Part shown: piece by piece, positions 18,444 to 29,225 of the stretch | How positions within the stretch are numbered: the stretch's first letter is position 1 | How the letters are laid out: the number at the start of each line of letters is the position of its first letter | Assembly: GCA_024280015.1 (NCBI GenBank) | Contig: JAJRQY010000125.1 | Location: 9,064 to 73,063 of the forward strand | Direction of reading: 5' to 3' | Length of the DNA stretch: 64,000 nt | From: Actinomycetes bacterium | GTDB taxonomy: Bacteria > Actinomycetota > Acidimicrobiia > Acidimicrobiales > SZUA-35 | Program-made: the position numbers and the translations under genes | The notes under the pieces: generated by a model | The model's database searches: none | The model's input: only the letters and a program-made list of their open reading frames with translations | What the model was told of the DNA's origin: nothing

Positions 18444-20071
18444 CTACGGTTGTGAAGGTGTTGGGGTGCGGTTGGTGGTGAGATTGACGAATTCTGGAGA
18501 CTGGCTGAAAGCAATCATGAGTTCGCCGCGGGATAGCCCGCCATCCAGTTGTTGTTGCCAGTAAGAGGATCCGTCGAGATCGGGATAGCGGCCAACCACG
18601 TTGAGGTAGGCCATGAGGATGAAACGGTCGTTTTCGAGCGAGCCGTAGTTGTTGGCAAATTCGGGGCTCGCAGCGAATGCTTCGCTGATCTGTTCGATTG
18701 TCACTACCGTGCGGTGTTGTGCGAGCCAGTAGGCGAGGCCGTCGGGGTCGGCGTCGCGTAGGAAGTAGGCGGCGTAGAGGCGTTGAAGTGCTGCCTCGTC
18801 AGGGTCGCGCTGTGCGAGGGTGTTGGTTTGGGTGATGTGTTCGGGTGATTCGCTGATAGCCGCAACAACGGCACCTCGGCTGGTGCCGGTAGCGAGGAGG
18901 TCTTGCCAGTAGATGGAGCCCGCTGGGTCCACGGGTCGGCCAAATACGTTCTGGTAGAGGAGTTCGATGAATTGTTGCTCGGACAGGTTTCCGTAGTTTT
19001 CTTGGAATTCGGTGCTTGACGCGAACTCTTGGGCGACGGAAGCCAGATCAGCCGGACCAAGCAGCACGGTGATCCAGTGGTCGAGGCCGACCAGATCGGC
19101 CTTGCGTTGGAAAAAGGCTTGGTAGAGGCGTTCGACGCTGTTGGTGAGGGTTGGGTCTGAGCCGGGGTATGGGGGTGGGGTGAGCGTGGCATCCCACAAG
19201 TACTGGCGGGTAGCGAGCCGTTGCCGCTGGATGACTTCGGGTGATGCGGGCTCGTAGCCAACGGGTCCCATGGTGGAGATGACGGCTTGGTGTCCATCGC
19301 CAGAGATTGCATCCACGGTCATCCATGGTCCACCGTTCGGCCGTTCATCAACGAGGGTGGTGAGGGTGCTGGTAGCGACATCCAAAGACCAGAAGAAGTA
19401 CCCGGCCGAGCCACGGATGGCTGGAGTCTTTGCAAACGTCTTACTGGTCCCAAAGACGGTTGCACCGTCATCACTCAAGTGGATTGGTTGAGACTGCACC
19501 GGGCTGCTGGACACCGGGTGGACCTCAGTCGTGACCATGTCCCACGTCGTGACAAAGGGAGAGAAGAGGTCAGTGTCTGCTGGGGGTGGCCCAACCCAAG
19601 CGGCTATAGATCCATCAAAGGAGACCGCGAGTTGTACTAGGCCACAACCAGAACGGCGTCACGTAGCCCTCCGTCGGCGTCACCGTCTTCGAGGCCCTCC
19701 CATGAAGGACTGATGAGGGCTGAACCATCATCGGCGACGGCATGGACGAATGTCGCATAGGGCGGGGGATCGGGCTCTGTATCGCCGCGACCTTCGCAGG
19801 GTCCCTCCGGTGACCCGGTGACCTGCGTTGAAGTGGCAGTAGCGAGATCAACGAAGGTCAAACCACTGTCGCCCTGACAGCTATTGACTACCGCGGTTTT
19901 CAGATCGCCGGAGACGCGGTAGCTGATAAGAGCATTGGTCACGTCACTTTGGGGAAAGGGAACAACCCAGCCTTGCTCGACGCCTCGTTCACTAGCGGAG
20001 GCGGGTGAAATCGGGACGACAAGGAGGGTCGAACAGGCCATCATCATGACCACCAAGCGCCGCAAGTTCAT
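18444..20071 (-). pseudogene. Secreted beta-propeller + DUF4214 protein interrupted by a single frameshift near 19640-19660
   Basis: The 5' ORF 19637-20071 has a signal peptide and stops at TAG. The shifted frame immediately reads RRSGCGLVQLAVSFDGSIAAWVG..., a propeller repeat, and continues without a stop into the DUF4214 ORF 18444-19538. One added base would give a protein of about 542 aa. Confidence 0.72.
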
Positions 20072-20157
20072 GGCCAGACACTAACACGGGCCCTAGGGCC
20101 AACCCTGTCAAGGAGTACCGCAACCAAGGCTGCGGTGAGCCTCCTACTTGGATCGAT

Positions 20158-20613
20158 CTAGTGGCGAGTCCGCCAATCCTCGGTCCAAGCGTCGGTGCCG
20201 AAATGCCAGTTGTTGGTCCGGAACGTCGTGCCAGTGGCGTTGGCGTAGAGTTTCCTTTGGCCACGAGCCTCTAGGACATAGGTCGCCATATTGCGCCCAC
20301 GGCTCACCTCGGTAGCGGTGAACGTGAGCTCGTCACCAGCCGAAGAAGCAGCCAGGTAGTGGATGTCGACCGAGGTCGCCACGGCCATCCGGCCCCACGA
20401 ATTCGAGGCGACAGAAAGGGCAACGTCAAGGCCAGAAAACAGGAAACCGCCGTGAACCCCGCCAGCGAAGTTGTGGTGCTCGGGGCCTGCGGTTGCCCGT
20501 ACCTCTGCTGCACCCCCGCTCCAGTCAACAATCTCGACACCGACGAGCTTGGCAAATGCATCGCCTCGAAACAGATTGTTCAGCCGGTCGTAGTTCTCGT
20601 GATTGGTAGGCAT
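20158..20613 (-). CDS. PaaI family (hotdog-fold) thioesterase
   Basis: HNFAGGVHGGFLFSGLD, followed by VDIHYLAA...GRNMATY. Confidence 0.85.
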   Translation of the reverse strand: MPTNHENYDRLNNLFRGDAFAKLVGVEIVDWSGGAAEVRATAGPEHHNFAGGVHGGFLFSGLDVALSVASNSWGRMAVATSVDIHYLAASSAGDELTFTATEVSRGRNMATYVLEARGQRKLYANATGTTFRTNNWHFGTDAWTEDWRTRH

Positions 20614-20689
20614 GCCAAGCGCTCCATACTGTCAGGACACCCGTCTGGACGACGCCTGAGCGTGTCCCACAATTGCGAGATATGTGAAG

Positions 20690-20773
<84 letters not shown>

Positions 20774-20898
20774 TGAGTGGAACTCCAGAGGGTAGCGGCA
20801 GTCATTCGCGAGCGCGCGGTGTTTCTGAGAGCGCGGTGTTTCTGACCACATCCTTTCTGCCAACATCGGACTCCAGGAGAGAGGTAGTCTGTGAGGTC

Positions 20899-21558
20899 AT
20901 GGCTCTGCGAGAATTCGAGGATCGATTGGAACGCATGGTTGAAGGCATCTTCTCCCGCGCCTTCAAGTCCGGTCTGCAGCCTGTTGAGGTTGGACGCAAG
21001 CTGATTCGCGAGGTTGACGCCAACCGCAGCATCGACGTCCGAGGTCGACGCACTGCCCCAAACAAGTTCTCGATTCGTCTCGCACTTGAAGACCACGAAC
21101 GCTTCTACAGCATTCAAGAGTCGCTGATTCGAGAACTCGCCGGATCCCTTCGAGAGCACGCCCAAGAGCAAGACTTGTTCTTTCTTGGACATGTCAGCAT
21201 CACCTTTCAAGCCGATCCAGAGCTACGCGAGGGCACCTTTCGAGTGATGCCAAGCTTTGATGAATCCACTGAGTCGTCGAGCCCCGTCTTTCTTGAGTTG
21301 CCAGACGGGTCCGAGCTGACTCTCGGTCGAGAAGCGGCAACCATTGGACGGCTTACCGAGAGCACCATTGTTCTGAATGACCCGAACGCGTCGCGACGTC
21401 ACGCGGAGCTGCAACCAGACGGTGATTCCTACGCCCTTGTCGACCTCGGTTCGACCAACGGCAGCCGGGTCAATGGCATCAAGATCGAGCGACAAGTCCT
21501 CCGAGACGGTGACGAACTCACCTTCGGCACCCTAAACATGACCTTCCGCTTACTGTGA
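20899..21558 (+). CDS. fhaA: FhaA (DUF3662 + FHA domain protein)
   Basis: LREFEDRLERMVEGIFSRAFKSGLQPVEVGRKLIRE (DUF3662) and IGR...DPNASRRHA...DLGSTNGS (FHA). Confidence 0.92.
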   Translation: MALREFEDRLERMVEGIFSRAFKSGLQPVEVGRKLIREVDANRSIDVRGRRTAPNKFSIRLALEDHERFYSIQESLIRELAGSLREHAQEQDLFFLGHVSITFQADPELREGTFRVMPSFDESTESSSPVFLELPDGSELTLGREAATIGRLTESTIVLNDPNASRRHAELQPDGDSYALVDLGSTNGSRVNGIKIERQVLRDGDELTFGTLNMTFRLL

Positions 21559-21603
21559 TGATCACACCGACACCGACCAGATTCTTTGTACTGTGTCCTA
21601 CGC

Positions 21604-22128
21604 GTGCCTGATGCTCTCCTCACCCTTCTTCGCTGGTGCCTGTTGGCCCTTCTCTACCTCTTCTTCTTGCGCGTACTACAGGCAACCTGGCATGGGGCCA
21701 ATGCCCCAGCCAAGCGAGACGTTGTTAGCACTCGATCAGGGAAAGCAGATTCCTCGCGGAAGCAAGCCTCAGCCGCGGTCGAGAAAAAGTCATCACGAAA
21801 GCAAGCCATTCGAAAACAGCCTGAACGGACGCGGAACAAGGCCATGCCCTCGCTGGTCTTCGTTGAACCAGCCGAGACGGCAGGATCGAGCTTCCCAGTG
21901 AACGGCACACTAACCATCGGTCGAGCAGCGGGTTGTGAGATAACCCTGGATGACACCTACATCTCTCAACTGCACGCCCGAGTGTCTCTAGCCGATCACG
22001 GCATCATCGTCGAAGACCTAGGGTCGACAAATGGGACCTACCTCAATCGTCAACGGGTTACGGGGCCAGTCGTTGTGAACAACGGCGACCGAATCCAGGT
22101 TGGTGGAACCGTCATGGAGCTCCAGTGA
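21604..22128 (+). CDS. fhaB: FhaB/FipA (membrane-anchored FHA domain protein)
   Basis: N-terminal TM LLRWCLLALLYLFF and FHA IGRAAGC...DTYISQLHARV...DLGSTNGTYLN. Confidence 0.88.
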   Translation: MPDALLTLLRWCLLALLYLFFLRVLQATWHGANAPAKRDVVSTRSGKADSSRKQASAAVEKKSSRKQAIRKQPERTRNKAMPSLVFVEPAETAGSSFPVNGTLTIGRAAGCEITLDDTYISQLHARVSLADHGIIVEDLGSTNGTYLNRQRVTGPVVVNNGDRIQVGGTVMELQ

Positions 22129-23471
22129 CCCGCATCGACTCCGCAGCAGCCACTCACGTTGGCCGAATCCGAGAGACCAACCAGGACCGTGCTCTTGTTT
22201 CGGGTCAACTCTCCGCAGTAGCCGATGGCATGGGAGGTCATGCCGGAGGTGATCGAGCCGCCGCGCTGGCGATCGCCGAGCTTGGCGGAATTCGAGGCAC
22301 GATCTCCGCTGAACGGCTCATCAAGGTTGTGCAGGCCGCAAACAAGCGAATCTTCACCGTTGCCCTTGCTCCGGAACTCCGCGGCATGGGAACCACCATC
22401 GTTGCTGCGGTTGTCGATGATGAGACCGGGGTTCTGAGTCTCATCAATGTTGGAGACTCCCGTGGCTACCAGCTGCGTAACGGGGTCCTTCGTCAGGTCA
22501 CCAACGATCATTCGCTGGTCGAGGACCTGCTCCGCTCGGGCCGTCTCACCGAAGACGAAGCCAAGGTTCACCCGCAACGCAATATTGTCACCCGGGTCCT
22601 CGGTATTGGCGAAGACGTTGACGTTGATCTCTTCCAGATCGATGTTCAGCCTGGTGATCGCTACGTCCTGTGTTCAGATGGCTTGACCAATGAGGTCGAT
22701 GACGCTGGAATCGCCAGCATTCTTCAGTCGCACCCCACCTGCGGCTCAGCAGCAGACCAACTGGTCAGAGTCGCGGTCGACGCTGGTGGCCGGGACAATG
22801 TGACGGTGGCGGTTATCGACGTCTTAGAAGGTCCTGACGGTTCGCCGACCAAGACCCAAGAGATCGCTGCGGTGCCCTCCGACGTCGGTGTCCGGACCGG
22901 TGGAGAGCCGGCTTCAGCCGATGCAGAGCCAGCCTCAACCGAGCTCAATGCCTTGATGACGGCCATCGGGGCAAGCGGTGATCCCGACACTTCGGCCGAT
23001 CCAGAGAAGGAGTCACCGAACGCTGCGGATGACTCCGCTGAGCAAGATGCTGGGGACACTCCTCCTCCTCCGACCGATTCGCCAACTGCCTCTTCAGCGA
23101 CACCAGCTGCTGAGGATCAGAACAAGAAGTCGTCGAAGCGGCGCTGGTTCTTGCCACTTCGCTCGCTCTTACTTGGGGCAAGTCTGCTTGGGGCGACCCT
23201 GGTCGCCACCATGAGTAGCTCGTGGTATGCCAGTTCGGCTTGGTACGCAGCTGACGTTGACGGAGAAGTCGTCATCTTGCAGGGGCGGCCCGGTGGGTTC
23301 TTGTGGTATGACCCATCACCGGTTGAAACTACCGGTGTTCAGGTTGACGAACTCCATGGCACCGCACAAGAACTCTTGACCAGCCAACCATCGTGGTCTT
23401 CCCTATCTGAGGCAAAAGGGTTCGTCGACAATCTTCAAGCCGAGGATGGCATACAGATAACTGGCGGCTGA
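22125..23471 (+). CDS. pstP: PP2C-family Ser/Thr phosphatase PstP with C-terminal membrane anchor
   Basis: VADGMGG, GMGTT, NVGDSRGY, LCSDGL and GGRDNVT, with a TM helix near residue 345. Confidence 0.93.
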   Translation: MTRIDSAAATHVGRIRETNQDRALVSGQLSAVADGMGGHAGGDRAAALAIAELGGIRGTISAERLIKVVQAANKRIFTVALAPELRGMGTTIVAAVVDDETGVLSLINVGDSRGYQLRNGVLRQVTNDHSLVEDLLRSGRLTEDEAKVHPQRNIVTRVLGIGEDVDVDLFQIDVQPGDRYVLCSDGLTNEVDDAGIASILQSHPTCGSAADQLVRVAVDAGGRDNVTVAVIDVLEGPDGSPTKTQEIAAVPSDVGVRTGGEPASADAEPASTELNALMTAIGASGDPDTSADPEKESPNAADDSAEQDAGDTPPPPTDSPTASSATPAAEDQNKKSSKRRWFLPLRSLLLGASLLGATLVATMSSSWYASSAWYAADVDGEVVILQGRPGGFLWYDPSPVETTGVQVDELHGTAQELLTSQPSWSSLSEAKGFVDNLQAEDGIQITGG

Positions 23472-23473
23472 TT

Positions 23474-24835
23474 GTGCGACCTCGCACGGTGGAACTCGGC
23501 TTGTTGGTTCTCGGATCGCTTATCACGGTTGCCGCCTATGGGCTCACCAGTCTCGGCCGAAACGCCAGCCTGCCTGCCAACATCATCCCCTTCTTGGCCA
23601 TGATCGTTGGCATGTTGTTGGCCACCCATCTGATTGTCCGTCGCTTCGCTCCCAACGCCGATGGTCTTCTGCTGCCCCTAGCGGCCCTGCTGAATGGGCT
23701 GGGCTACGTCATCATCGCTCGGCTGGATCCCGCTCTGGCCGATAGCCAAGCCGCCTGGACCTTCATTGGCTTGGCTGGTTTCTCCGCCACCCTGATCCTG
23801 CTCCCTGACGTGCGCAAGTTGGAGCCGTACCGCTACACGCTGGCACTTGTCGGTGTTGTCATGCTTCTTCTTCCTCTCACCCCAATTGGGGTCAACATCA
23901 ATGGGGCACGAATCTGGCTTCGAGTCGGTTCGTTCAGCATCCAGCCCGGTGAGTTCGCCAAGGTTGTGCTCGCCGCCTTCCTAGCCGGGTTCCTGGTCGA
24001 CAAGCGCGAACTGCTCACTATCAGCACGCGACGGATCGGACCGCTCCACCTGCCAGACATCAAACACTTAGGGCCCCTTCTGTTGGCCTGGGGTGTTGCC
24101 CTGATCGTGATGGTCGCCGAACGTGATCTTGGTTCATCACTCCTGTTCTTCACCCTTTTCATCGTCATGATCTATTCAGCTACTGGTCGCTCGGCCTATG
24201 TGGTTGTTGGCTTCTTCTTGTTCTCGATTGGGGCCGTTGGTGCCCACCGCTACTTCTCCCATGTGCAGCGACGAGTCGATATCTGGCTTGATCCCTTCGC
24301 TGATCCAAAGGGGGCTGGCTACCAGATTGTCGAAGCCTCTTTCGCCATGGCCGACGGAGGCCTCACGGGCACTGGACTTGGGCTCGGATCACCGGGCAAG
24401 ATTCCCTTTGCTGCCACCGACATGATCTTTGCCGCCATTGGTGAGGAGCTAGGACTGTTGGGCACCACGGCTGTACTGGTGACCTTCCTCTTGTTCATGA
24501 GCGCCGGTTTTCGGGTTGCTCACCAGGCCCGCAGCAACTTTGAGAAGCTTCTTGCCGGCGGTCTCACTGCTTTGCTCGGGTTTCAGACCTTCGTCATCAT
24601 TGGCGGCATCCTTCGAGTGATGCCACTGACTGGTGTGACCTTGCCCTTTGTGAGCTATGGCGGATCATCACTCATCTCCAACTACCTGATCCTTGGCCTC
24701 CTGGTTCAGATCTCACATCGCGCCAATGCGCCCGATAGTCGCAGCAGTGCTAGTCGAGCTGTGCCTGGCGCTGGAGGACGGGCCGAGGCAGGAATGACTG
24801 GGGGCCAACGAGTGAGGTGCGGACCTCATGATTGA
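23474..24835 (+). CDS. rodA: SEDS family peptidoglycan glycosyltransferase RodA/FtsW
   Basis: GARIW, IQPGEFAK, RDLGS, TDMIF and TGVTLPFVSYGGSS. Confidence 0.94.
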   Translation: MRPRTVELGLLVLGSLITVAAYGLTSLGRNASLPANIIPFLAMIVGMLLATHLIVRRFAPNADGLLLPLAALLNGLGYVIIARLDPALADSQAAWTFIGLAGFSATLILLPDVRKLEPYRYTLALVGVVMLLLPLTPIGVNINGARIWLRVGSFSIQPGEFAKVVLAAFLAGFLVDKRELLTISTRRIGPLHLPDIKHLGPLLLAWGVALIVMVAERDLGSSLLFFTLFIVMIYSATGRSAYVVVGFFLFSIGAVGAHRYFSHVQRRVDIWLDPFADPKGAGYQIVEASFAMADGGLTGTGLGLGSPGKIPFAATDMIFAAIGEELGLLGTTAVLVTFLLFMSAGFRVAHQARSNFEKLLAGGLTALLGFQTFVIIGGILRVMPLTGVTLPFVSYGGSSLISNYLILGLLVQISHRANAPDSRSSASRAVPGAGGRAEAGMTGGQRVRCGPHD

Positions 24836-26339
24836 TCGTTCGCTTCGTCACGTCCTGATGGTCTTACTTGCCTGCTTTGGCGTCTTGTTTGTGCAACTCA
24901 ATCGAATCCAGGTATTCAGCAACACGGAGCTACGGGAGAACCCGGCCAACACCCGGACCGTGCAACGAGACTTTGCTCGACCACGAGGCCTCATCTCCAC
25001 CGCCGATCATGAAGTCGTCGCTCGGTCCGTGCCCAGTGATGGGTCATTCGAATTCCAGCGGGAATACCCCGAAGGTGAGCTGTTCGCCCACATCACTGGC
25101 CATCTTTCATTCAATGTCGGGGCCACCGGTGTTGAGCGAAGCTACAACGATGAGCTGGTGGGTCGAACGCCGGGCTTGCAACTGGATGGCCTGACGAATC
25201 TGCTGAGCGATTCAGACTCCACCGGCCAGATCACCCTGTCTGTGCGTCATGACCTGCAAACTGCGGCCAGAGATGCACTGGGTAACAAGAAGGGCTCCGT
25301 GGTCGCCCTAGACCCCAATACCGGTGAAATCTTGGCCATGTGGTCCAACCCATCTTACGATCCGAACATCTTGGCCAGCCAAGATGGCGCCGCCGTCAAT
25401 CAGGCCTACGCCGATCTACTGGCTGATGAAGCGAATCCCTTGCGGGCATCGGCCTACCGTGATGTTTACTTCCCAGGCTCGACCTTCAAGCTGGTAACGG
25501 CATCGGCGGGCTTGGAAGCAAAGGTCGTGACGTTGACCAGCCCAGTGTTTGATGTTGCGTCTGAGTATGTTGCGCCGGGGACCACCCATGCCATTTCTAA
25601 CTTTGGGGGCCTGAATTGCGGCGGTGATTTGTTGGCCTTGCTGACCTCATCCTGCAATGTGGGATTTGCCAGACTGGGGGCTGAGTTGCTTGGACCGACC
25701 CGCATGATCGACCAAGCCCAAGCCTATGGATTCAATACGGTTCCCCCGATTGACCTTCCGGCCGCAGCAGCGAGCCAGTTTCCAACCGACTATGGCGTCG
25801 AGATTCGCTCACCATCTCTGGAGATCCCAGCCGGTGTCTTTGAGAACACCCCTGGTCTGGCCCAAGCGTCGATTGGCCAGTTTGATGTTGCGGCAACACC
25901 TCTGCAGATGGCACTAGTGGCGGCTGCTATTGCCAATGATGGTGAGATCATGATTCCGCATGTTGTTTCCGAAGTCCGGAATAAGAAGGGGGACATCGTT
26001 GATGAATACTCACCATCGGTCTGGCAGCAACCCATTTCGGTTCAGGTGGCCGCCGATCTGCGAACGGCCATGATCAATGTGGTCGAGAACGGGACGGGAC
26101 AAGTTGTTGGCTTTCCTGAGCTTGCGGTTGGCGCAAAGACCGGAACAGCGCAACTTGGAACCGTGCCAGCGAAGTCTCATGCCTGGATGGTTTCCTTCGC
26201 CGGGCCGGTTGGCGCTAAGCCTGAGGTGGTCATCGCTGTCCTGGTTGAAGCCAATGATGCTGACCCTGAGCAGACTGGTGGTCGGGTGGCTGGCCCGGTG
26301 GTTCGTCGCATGCTTGAGGTCTTTTTTGCCGCTCCTTAG
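24828..26339 (+). CDS. pbpA: Class B penicillin-binding protein PbpA
   Basis: SxxK (PGSTFK), SxN (SCN) and KTG (AKTGTAQ). Follows rodA. Confidence 0.93.
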   Translation: MIDRSLRHVLMVLLACFGVLFVQLNRIQVFSNTELRENPANTRTVQRDFARPRGLISTADHEVVARSVPSDGSFEFQREYPEGELFAHITGHLSFNVGATGVERSYNDELVGRTPGLQLDGLTNLLSDSDSTGQITLSVRHDLQTAARDALGNKKGSVVALDPNTGEILAMWSNPSYDPNILASQDGAAVNQAYADLLADEANPLRASAYRDVYFPGSTFKLVTASAGLEAKVVTLTSPVFDVASEYVAPGTTHAISNFGGLNCGGDLLALLTSSCNVGFARLGAELLGPTRMIDQAQAYGFNTVPPIDLPAAAASQFPTDYGVEIRSPSLEIPAGVFENTPGLAQASIGQFDVAATPLQMALVAAAIANDGEIMIPHVVSEVRNKKGDIVDEYSPSVWQQPISVQVAADLRTAMINVVENGTGQVVGFPELAVGAKTGTAQLGTVPAKSHAWMVSFAGPVGAKPEVVIAVLVEANDADPEQTGGRVAGPVVRRMLEVFFAAP

Positions 26340-26476
26340 AGAGCAGGGTTGGGGTGCGACGTTCGCCGACAGGGATTGGATTCCGGTCTCGATCTGAAAT
26401 TCGTATGAGTGGACTTCCTTAGCAAACTGGCAGGGCGCGCCCTTTCTTCCTGGGTTCTCACTAACCTCTTCATGCT

Positions 26477-28510
26477 GTGTCCGATTCACCCCCTGCCCGC
26501 CCCGTCCTCAATGGTCGATACGAACTCCACCGCCGTCTGGCCCGTGGAGGCATGGCTGACGTGTTTCTGGCGCGGGATCAGCTACTGGATAGGCCGGTAG
26601 CCGTCAAGGTTCTATTCCCACAGTTTGCGGCCGAACCGACCTTTGTTGAACGCTTCCGACGCGAGGCTCAGGCTGCGGCCAATCTGAACCATCCCAGCAT
26701 TGTCGCGGTGTATGACTGGGGTGAACACGACAACACGTACTTCATCGTCATGGAGTATGTGGAAGGCCGAAGTCTGGCCGAGATCATTCGGGCAGAAGGA
26801 ACCCTTCACCCGGACCGGTCAGCAGAGATCTCAACCGATGTTGCCGCGGCACTTGGGTTTGCCCACCGCAATGGGACTGTTCATCGTGACGTGAAGCCCG
26901 GCAATATCCTCATCACGCCAGCAGGCCAGGTCAAGGTCACCGACTTTGGCATCGCCCGAGCATTTGGTGGAGGAGATGACCTCACTCAGACCGGTTCGGT
27001 CATGGGCACCGCAACCTACTTCTCTCCGGAACAGGCCCAAGGCAAGAACGTCGACCCGCGAAGCGACCTGTATTCCCTGGGTGTTGTCCTGTTCGAGATG
27101 CTCACCGGAACCCCGCCCTTCCTCGGTGACTCACCGGTTGCCATTGCCTACAAGCATGTGCAGGAAGCTCCGCCGCGGCCGACCTCAATCAATCCAGCGA
27201 TCCCCAAGTCCCTGGAAGGAATCATTTCCAGGTTGCTGGCCAAAAATCCCGATCAGCGTTACGCCTCGGCCGAAGACGTACGCGCTGACCTTCGCCGCTT
27301 TCGCAAGGGTGAGCCCTTGACGGGTGTTCCTTCCACCGGCTCGACTGTGCCAACTGAAGCTCCCCAGGTTGCTGCTCAGGTGCAACAACAACGCCAAGAG
27401 GACAGTGGTCGAGCTGTTATTGACTCCACGAGGGCCATGCCGGCAACGGTGGCGGCGCAGCAGGAAATTCCGGTGGAGGAGTATTACGAACCACCGCGAC
27501 GCAATGGGGCCTTTCTGGCCCTGCTGGCACTCCTGCTAGTCGCACTGGCTGGCATCATCTTGTACGCCATCAGTGCCCTTGGTGGTGGCCCAACTGAGGT
27601 TGAGCCAGGGGCTGAGGTTGTTGAGACGCCAGGCGTGTTGGGGTCCAGCCAAGCGGATGCCGAACGGGTGTTGATTGCTGCAGGACTGCAACCCAATACG
27701 GTCTTTGAAGAGAACGCCGATACCGAACCAGGGTTGGTTTTTGCCCAAGACCCGGGTGAGGGCACCGAACTGGCAGAAGGAAGCCCCGTCACCATCAAGG
27801 TCAGCAAGACCTTGGAGACGGTCCCGCTGCCAAATGTGACTGGCCTGACTGAAGCGGACGCGCAACAGCAGCTCAACGCTCTCGGCCTACGCGTTGACCG
27901 CATCCGTGAAGCCAGCGATGAGTACGACGAGGGAATTGTCATTGGGATGACACCCCAACCCAATCAAGAGGTGAACGACGACGCCCTCATCACCCTGACG
28001 ATCTCTACTGGGCCAGCCCAGATCGAGGTTCCAGATCTTTCGGGCAAGACCAATGGTGAAGCCAGCAATCTTCTTGGTCTAGCCGGCTTGCCCAACCCGA
28101 GCATCATCCTCGAGCCGTCCTCGGACGTGGAGAAGGGCTTGGTCATCCGGACCGATCCGGTTGCTGGAACCCCAGTCTCCAAAGACCGTGTTGTCTTGTT
28201 GTATGTGTCGGATGGTCCGGAGACTGATCTGGTGCCGATCGTGGTTGGGCTGACTCAGCAGGCAGCCGAGCAAGCAATCCAGAGCAAGGGATTTGAAGTT
28301 GTTGTCGTCTTTGTTGAGGTGGTGGCCGATGCCCCACAAGTTGGCAAGGTGATCTCTCAGGACCAGTTGCCAAACAACAACCTTGAGGTCGGCTCGACGG
28401 TGACCATCAATGTTGGTCGGGCCGCTGACCCACCATCAACAACCGAAGCGACAACAACAACGACTGAAGCGACAACAACAACGACCGAGGCTGCAGCCGA
28501 CGGTGGCTAG
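26477..28510 (+). CDS. pknB: PASTA-domain Ser/Thr protein kinase PknB
   Basis: GGMADV, VAVK, HRDVKPGN, DFG and GTATYFSPEQ, then a TM, four PASTA repeats and a Thr-rich tail encoded by a 21-bp duplication (28445-28486). Confidence 0.96.
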   Translation: MSDSPPARPVLNGRYELHRRLARGGMADVFLARDQLLDRPVAVKVLFPQFAAEPTFVERFRREAQAAANLNHPSIVAVYDWGEHDNTYFIVMEYVEGRSLAEIIRAEGTLHPDRSAEISTDVAAALGFAHRNGTVHRDVKPGNILITPAGQVKVTDFGIARAFGGGDDLTQTGSVMGTATYFSPEQAQGKNVDPRSDLYSLGVVLFEMLTGTPPFLGDSPVAIAYKHVQEAPPRPTSINPAIPKSLEGIISRLLAKNPDQRYASAEDVRADLRRFRKGEPLTGVPSTGSTVPTEAPQVAAQVQQQRQEDSGRAVIDSTRAMPATVAAQQEIPVEEYYEPPRRNGAFLALLALLLVALAGIILYAISALGGGPTEVEPGAEVVETPGVLGSSQADAERVLIAAGLQPNTVFEENADTEPGLVFAQDPGEGTELAEGSPVTIKVSKTLETVPLPNVTGLTEADAQQQLNALGLRVDRIREASDEYDEGIVIGMTPQPNQEVNDDALITLTISTGPAQIEVPDLSGKTNGEASNLLGLAGLPNPSIILEPSSDVEKGLVIRTDPVAGTPVSKDRVVLLYVSDGPETDLVPIVVGLTQQAAEQAIQSKGFEVVVVFVEVVADAPQVGKVISQDQLPNNNLEVGSTVTINVGRAADPPSTTEATTTTTEATTTTTEAAADGG

Positions 28511-28522
28511 TAGTGGCTGCGG

Positions 28523-29125
28523 CTAGCGGCGGCTGTGTCTAGTGGCGGGTTCGCAGCGTTGAAGGAAATTGCTCACCAGGTCCTTGCCTGCAGCAGTGAG
28601 AATTGACTCCGGATGAAACTGCACTCCTTCGATGTCGAGGGTCTGGTGTCGGATCCCCATGATCAGCCCGTCCGGTGTCTCGGCGGTGACTTGGAGAGTC
28701 TCAGGAAGCGTCTCTCGTTCGACGATCAGTGAGTGGTAGCGCGTGGCCTCCAGTGGATTTGGTAGGCCAGTAAAGACGCCTTGTTGTTGGTGGAGAACCG
28801 ACGATGTCTTGCCATGCACTAACTGGGGGGCACGAATTACTTGCCCGCCGTAGAGCTGGCCGATGCTTTGATGGCCAAGACATACCCCAAGCACGGGGAC
28901 GCGAGTGCCGAAGAATGCGATGGCGTCGAGGGAGATTCCTGCATCCTCGGGTCGGCCTGGACCGGGTGAGATGAGCACGCCGTCGGGATCAAGTTTGGCA
29001 AGCTCGCTGATGGTCTTCTGGTCGTTGCGAACAACAACCGGGTCGGCCCCAAGTTCACCAAGATACTGCACCAGGTTGTAGACAAAGGAGTCGTAGTTGT
29101 CGATGACAAGGATCCGGGGGGACAC
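28523..29125 (-). CDS. trpG: Aminodeoxychorismate/anthranilate synthase component II (class I glutamine amidotransferase)
   Basis: IDNYDSF, ISPGPG, GVCLGHQ, RYHSL and QFHPES. Syntenic position after pknB. Confidence 0.93.
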   Translation of the reverse strand: MSPRILVIDNYDSFVYNLVQYLGELGADPVVVRNDQKTISELAKLDPDGVLISPGPGRPEDAGISLDAIAFFGTRVPVLGVCLGHQSIGQLYGGQVIRAPQLVHGKTSSVLHQQQGVFTGLPNPLEATRYHSLIVERETLPETLQVTAETPDGLIMGIRHQTLDIEGVQFHPESILTAAGKDLVSNFLQRCEPATRHSRR

Positions 29126-29225
29126 GTTGGGGAGCGTACTGTCCAACGGCTTGGAATGGCTCCGGAGTGAACGGCCTGTTGCTTGAACGGCGCGGTGGGT
29201 TGCCGTGCGGCTAGGCTTGCGCTCG

